In this document: positions 59,524 through 64,000 of the stretch, one piece after another
How positions within the stretch are numbered: position 1 is the stretch's first letter
Layout: every line of letters starts with the position of its first letter
Source: Pachysolen tannophilus NRRL Y-2460
Taxonomy: Eukaryota
Length of the DNA: 64,000 nucleotides
Direction: 5' to 3'
Assembly: GCA_001661245.1 (NCBI GenBank)
Contig: KV454015.1
Location: forward strand, 732,924-796,923
Position numbers and translations under genes: made by a program
Notes under the pieces: generated by a model
The model's database searches: none
What the model saw: only the letters and a program-made list of their open reading frames with translations
What the model was told of the DNA's origin: nothing

Positions 59524-59769
59524 TTTTCCAGCAATACAGTTGATTATACAATATCAGATAATATCTCTCTCAATTATAATTATCTTTTTTAATTGATGTT
59601 ATATTTTAATTGTTTTTTCAATTTTTTTTTTTGCAATTATTTTTTTTTTCTACTTTTTGTCCGGTGAAAAATCATCAAAAAATAAACATCAATTAAATCA
59701 AAATGATGATGAAAAGAAGTTAGAAGCCTATACCAAGCGAACTATATAAGAGATATCATCATTAGAAAC

Positions 59770-61170
59770 ATGATTAAGAAACCAGTAATATATGCTTGTC
59801 GAGTAATTCAAGGACATCGTAGTTGCTTATTGATACAACGGTTTAGTTCGTCTTTGACAAATACAGTTAAGAACAATGAATTATCTACTTCGACTTCAAA
59901 TTTGTCCATCGCTACAAGACAACAACTATATATGATAGATAAAATGTCACCAGGATCTGTGTTTTTCTTACCGAATGGTACTAAATTGATAAATAAGTTA
60001 ATTTCTTTTATGAAATTACAGCAAAGTAAACAGGAATTTGAAGAAGTTATTACACCTTTAATATATAAGAAAAGATTATGGGAAATTAGTGGTCATTGGG
60101 AAAATTATAAAAATGATATGTTTAAAGTGGAAGGAAATGATTTGGCTGAAGATGAGCTTACTGAAGATTCACAGTATGGGTTGAAACCAATGAATTGTCC
60201 CGGGCATTGCTTAATTTTTAGCAGGTTTGATAGATCTCACAACGAATTACCAATTAGGTATTCTGATTATTCATCATTGCATAGAAATGAAACCAGTGGT
60301 TCATTGACTGGATTGACAAGAGTAAGAAGGTTTCATCAAGATGATGGACACATTTTTTGTACTCAAGAGCAAATTTTCGAAGAGATTGACAAGACTTTAA
60401 AATTGATCAATTTGTGTTACCGAGTTTTTGATTTAAATGATTACGAATTATACCTTTCAACAAGACCAGAAAAATTCATTGGCAAATTAGAAGAGTGGTG
60501 TTTAGCTGAGGAAAATTTGAAAAAAGTCTTGGACCGTACAGGTAAAAAATGGACCATAAGAGAAGGAGATGGTGCCTTTTATGGACCCAAAATTGACGTC
60601 TTATTAACTGATAACTTTGGTAAGAAACATCAAGTTGGTACTATCCAACTAGATTTCCAATTACCTCAAAGATTTGATTTGAAATATAGAGATGATATAG
60701 GGAATTTTAAAAGACCTATCATGATACATCGTGCCATTTATGGATCGTTGGAAAGATTTTTAGCTTTGTTAATTGATCATTATCAGGGAAAGTGGCCATT
60801 TTGGTTAAACCCAAAGCAGTGTGTTATTATACCGATTAATAACGAAAAACATTTGGATAGAGCATTGGAATTACAGCAACAGTTGAGTGGTAATATGATA
60901 AAAGACTCAAATCAAGAAAACATTTTTGAAAATCCTTCTAATTTAACAAACTACAAATTTGAAGTTGATGTTGATAAGAGAAACGAAACAGTTGGATTAA
61001 GAATCAAAGATAGTGTTTCAAAAGCTTACAATTATATAATATTAATTGGTGATAAGGAGTTGGAAACTGGTGAAGTTAGTATTAGATCGAGAAGTAGTAA
61101 AAGCATTAAAACTATGACGGTTGAAGCTGTTTTCAATATGTTCAAAACCCTAGAAGATAATTATGAGTAG
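59770..61170 (+). CDS. MST1: Mitochondrial threonyl-tRNA synthetase (no N-terminal editing domain)
   Basis: KPMNCPGHC, HRNE, GLTRVRRFHQDDGHIFC, GAFYGPKID, HRAIYGSLERF. Confidence 0.93.
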   Translation: MIKKPVIYACRVIQGHRSCLLIQRFSSSLTNTVKNNELSTSTSNLSIATRQQLYMIDKMSPGSVFFLPNGTKLINKLISFMKLQQSKQEFEEVITPLIYKKRLWEISGHWENYKNDMFKVEGNDLAEDELTEDSQYGLKPMNCPGHCLIFSRFDRSHNELPIRYSDYSSLHRNETSGSLTGLTRVRRFHQDDGHIFCTQEQIFEEIDKTLKLINLCYRVFDLNDYELYLSTRPEKFIGKLEEWCLAEENLKKVLDRTGKKWTIREGDGAFYGPKIDVLLTDNFGKKHQVGTIQLDFQLPQRFDLKYRDDIGNFKRPIMIHRAIYGSLERFLALLIDHYQGKWPFWLNPKQCVIIPINNEKHLDRALELQQQLSGNMIKDSNQENIFENPSNLTNYKFEVDVDKRNETVGLRIKDSVSKAYNYIILIGDKELETGEVSIRSRSSKSIKTMTVEAVFNMFKTLEDNYE

Positions 61171-61251
61171 ACGTTTCTTGTGAATAGATTATAAATACGA
61201 TAAATACGAATGTAAATTAACGATTAAATTTATTTATGTAAAACTCTATTA

Positions 61252-62523
61252 TTAATTTATATCTGGTATATTTTCTTCCTCAAATTTTACCTCTACTTTT
61301 GGTAAATCATTATATAGAATACTATTGTCGCTGACAATGTTCTTAGGTAAATAATCTCCATTTTCAGCTAAGAATTGATGTCTAATCGAACTATCATTTT
61401 CTGCTAAGTTATTTATCTTTATATTGAACTCATTAATTAAACTCTTAATTTTGCTATTATACAATTTTCTTCTTTGCAATTCGACTTTTAAATCTTTGAA
61501 AGATTTTATAAAAAGTTCATAGTATTCGACTAAAGAGTTAATATCACTGTTGATATCAGTTAAACACTTTAAATTTGTTTTCAAATTATCACTTAATTTA
61601 TTTACTTGAACTAATTGATCTGATTTGAATCTTAGTCCAAATATTTTTAACTCATCCAATAAATTTAAAATTGACTGATAGTTACTATTAAACTGAGCTA
61701 AATTTTGATTTTCAATCTGATCACAATTTGACTCTAAATTTTTATTTATATTCATTAAATCATTATAAACTAAAGGTAATTCCAAGTAATCGTTTTCTAA
61801 TACTTTGAAGATTTGTAATTTTGCCTCACTGGAATTTGACTTAACTTTTATAAATTCTATTGATTCCAAACACTGGTCATAGTGATTTGTCAAACTTTCT
61901 AATATTAATGCCATCTCTTGTTCTAACAGATTATTTGATTCTATAAGTTTGTTAATATTTGCAGTAATTTTGTCTATTGAATTGAGATTTGATGATATTT
62001 GGTTCAACTTGTTATTAAAATCATTGATTGATATGGTTAATGAAGAAATCAATGATGACAAAGTATTTTTATCATTTTCTAAAGAAGTGAGTATATCAGA
62101 ATTGTTATGTATTATCATATTGACTTCTTCCTGATTTATGAAATGATAAAGCGTTTTATTATGATCATCTATACCTTTAACTGATTTTAACTTATCCAAG
62201 ATATTCTCCAACCTATTTTTAACCAAGTCTTCATTAATCCCATAATTCAGATTATAACTACCAGTAATCTCATCAAATAACTTATTCAAACTATCTTTCA
62301 AAATATCCAACAATCTCAATTGTTGCCTTATCGAATCGATGTAGAATTGATAGCTATTATTATTCACCAAGAGATTAATCTTGAATACAGTAGCATTTAA
62401 CAACTTGTTCGAGTTGTTACATATTATATTTGAGTTAGACAAGATCAACCTCGATTCCACTATTATCTTATTCTGTATAATATTGATCAATTCATCATCA
62501 TTATATCTATTTGTCGTTGTCAT
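61252..62523 (-). CDS. ATG17: Autophagy scaffold Atg17
   Basis: KTLYHFI, LEQEMA.ILESLTNHYDQC, EL.RR, F...NGDYLP. Confidence 0.88.
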   Translation of the reverse strand: MTTTNRYNDDELINIIQNKIIVESRLILSNSNIICNNSNKLLNATVFKINLLVNNNSYQFYIDSIRQQLRLLDILKDSLNKLFDEITGSYNLNYGINEDLVKNRLENILDKLKSVKGIDDHNKTLYHFINQEEVNMIIHNNSDILTSLENDKNTLSSLISSLTISINDFNNKLNQISSNLNSIDKITANINKLIESNNLLEQEMALILESLTNHYDQCLESIEFIKVKSNSSEAKLQIFKVLENDYLELPLVYNDLMNINKNLESNCDQIENQNLAQFNSNYQSILNLLDELKIFGLRFKSDQLVQVNKLSDNLKTNLKCLTDINSDINSLVEYYELFIKSFKDLKVELQRRKLYNSKIKSLINEFNIKINNLAENDSSIRHQFLAENGDYLPKNIVSDNSILYNDLPKVEVKFEEENIPDIN

Positions 62524-62660
62524 TCTAAGTCCTGTTTAAATTTATATGTAAATTTGTACGATTTAATAAATAATTTTAAGTACCTTTATATTTTTTTAAA
62601 AAGGAAAAGAAGAAATCACATTTAGTAAAATATTAAATAATATTCTCATCTTTCAGTAGA

Positions 62661-64000
62661 ATGAGCCTGAATAAGAGGAAGAGAAATGTATTCATAAGAG
62701 ACTTTAAACCAGATGAATTATTGAACAAGGTATTTAATAAGGATAACAATGGAATTGGAGAAGATGCTGAAACAATGGATACAGATTACAGCGACGATTC
62801 AAGAGCTGATACGAAAACGACAAGGAATTTTGGGTTTGGACATCAGATGTTTGTTAAGCTGGGAGGATCAACTCCAAGTATGGTTAATGAACTGGACTCA
62901 AACATGATGGGGACCATTGGGAACATGGGGAGTATGGGGAGTATGGCCAGTTTGCTGAATATGGCAAATCGTGATGACTATTATGAAGAAGAACATAACG
63001 ACAAAGACGACCAAGATAATGAGCCAAGTTTTGGTAATGCAACTAAGTTGATGGATTTTGTTAAGACTGATTTAGAGACACAGCCAGTTGAAAGAATAGT
63101 AACACCCAGAGATATAGTGCTAGATCTGGAACATGATGTTCCTGTAGATAGATCAGGAAAATACGGTATTGGTGCTAAGCTTTTACTGAAGATGGGTTAT
63201 AAGGAGGGCCAGGGTTTGGGTAAAAATGGTAAAGGTATTGTTGAGCCTATACAAACAAACCTAAGACCTCAAGGACTTGGTGTTGGTGGTGTTAAGGAAA
63301 AGAAAAATAAAGACAGAAAGCACGGGAAAGATGAGAATGTCACAGAGGATGATAGTATTGATTACGCTTCGAGTGATGATGATGAGTTTTCTGACTCAAA
63401 TTTAAAACATCAGAAAAAGAGCAACACACTGTACATTCCCGATTTGTTCACTGTCATTGATACTATGGAAAGTAATGGATTGAAGGTTCCGATAGTTTTC
63501 AAAGAAATATCTGATAACTATTACAATAATATGGACAAAGATCAGGTTGATAATGAGAAACAACCATTTATTCAATTGAAAAAACCAAATGATGATATCA
63601 TAGATGTTGATATTTCCAAATTAAGTTTACAATTGAATAATATCAATAGACTGTTTAAGGAGATTAGTGATAAAGAAGTTTATCAAAATTACCATCTATC
63701 ACAGTTAAATCTAATTATAAGTAAGAGCGAGAAGAACACCATGTTATTAGACTATATAATCAACAAATTTGAGGAGTATCAACACGATATTTCAAATGAT
63801 GATCAAAGCGTTAAATTGGAAAAACTTACTAACTTGTTGAAAGAATTTATGAATAATGTTGATATCATTACATGCGCCATGAGCCAACAAGATGATTTAG
63901 ATATAGAGAGAATTATAGTTTCCCTGTTAAAAGAACAATATGATGATATTGTTGAAAATTGGGATCCTTTAAATTTCGAATCGACTGAAGGATTAGTTGA
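62661..64000 (+). CDS. SPP382: G-patch spliceosome disassembly factor (TFIP11/Ntr1 type), 3'-partial and absent from the ORF track
   Basis: ATG 62661 in frame with the G-patch [29 protein letters not shown] (from 63162); divergent from ATG17 as in S. cerevisiae. Confidence 0.85.
   Translation, partial: MSLNKRKRNVFIRDFKPDELLNKVFNKDNNGIGEDAETMDTDYSDDSRADTKTTRNFGFGHQMFVKLGGSTPSMVNELDSNMMGTIGNMGSMGSMASLLNMANRDDYYEEEHNDKDDQDNEPSFGNATKLMDFVKTDLETQPVERIVTPRDIVLDLEHDVPVDRSGKYGIGAKLLLKMGYKEGQGLGKNGKGIVEPIQTNLRPQGLGVGGVKEKKNKDRKHGKDENVTEDDSIDYASSDDDEFSDSNLKHQKKSNTLYIPDLFTVIDTMESNGLKVPIVFKEISDNYYNNMDKDQVDNEKQPFIQLKKPNDDIIDVDISKLSLQLNNINRLFKEISDKEVYQNYHLSQLNLIISKSEKNTMLLDYIINKFEEYQHDISNDDQSVKLEKLTNLLKEFMNNVDIITCAMSQQDDLDIERIIVSLLKEQYDDIVENWDPLNFESTEGLV

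Noticed and set aside
59770..61170. MST1 as a link to the codon reassignment
   Set aside because: Its known role concerns mitochondrial CUN-Thr in Saccharomycetaceae; lacking an editing domain is normal and says nothing about nuclear CUG

Overview
AT-rich, gene-dense nuclear DNA from a budding yeast (Saccharomycotina), with one 580-nt assembly gap. About 30 protein genes are supported, mostly housekeeping: YMR1, TPO-type DHA1 transporter, YOP1, APL4, CSR2/ECM21-type arrestin, PRP21, NSA1-like, RPS6, RLM1, PXP2-like, RRP45, stomatin-like, RNH202, ESS1, APE2, TES1, SRB8, PDK, Srp1-like SR protein, MOH1, MFS, SNL1-like, DUF202, MCM6, MDM31, CDC73, MST1, ATG17 and SPP382, plus four orphans. Six spliceosomal introns with perfect TACTAAC branch points are missed by the ORF track. 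The main signal is that in-frame CTG codons repeatedly fall where homologs have Ala/Ser/Pro/polar residues. This points to a reassigned CUG codon, with Ala favoured (Pachysolen-like CUG-Ala clade) and Ser not excluded. Other leads are a candidate poison alternative acceptor with UCAUC-rich tracts in the SR-protein intron, a head-to-head telomere-like TG/CA array and a 15-bp hairpin flanking an orphan gene, and a CTG-dense patch in MDM31 that looks like a compensated frameshift. I recognised no tRNA, rRNA, CRISPR array or intact transposon. All homology calls are from recalled motifs; no searches were run.
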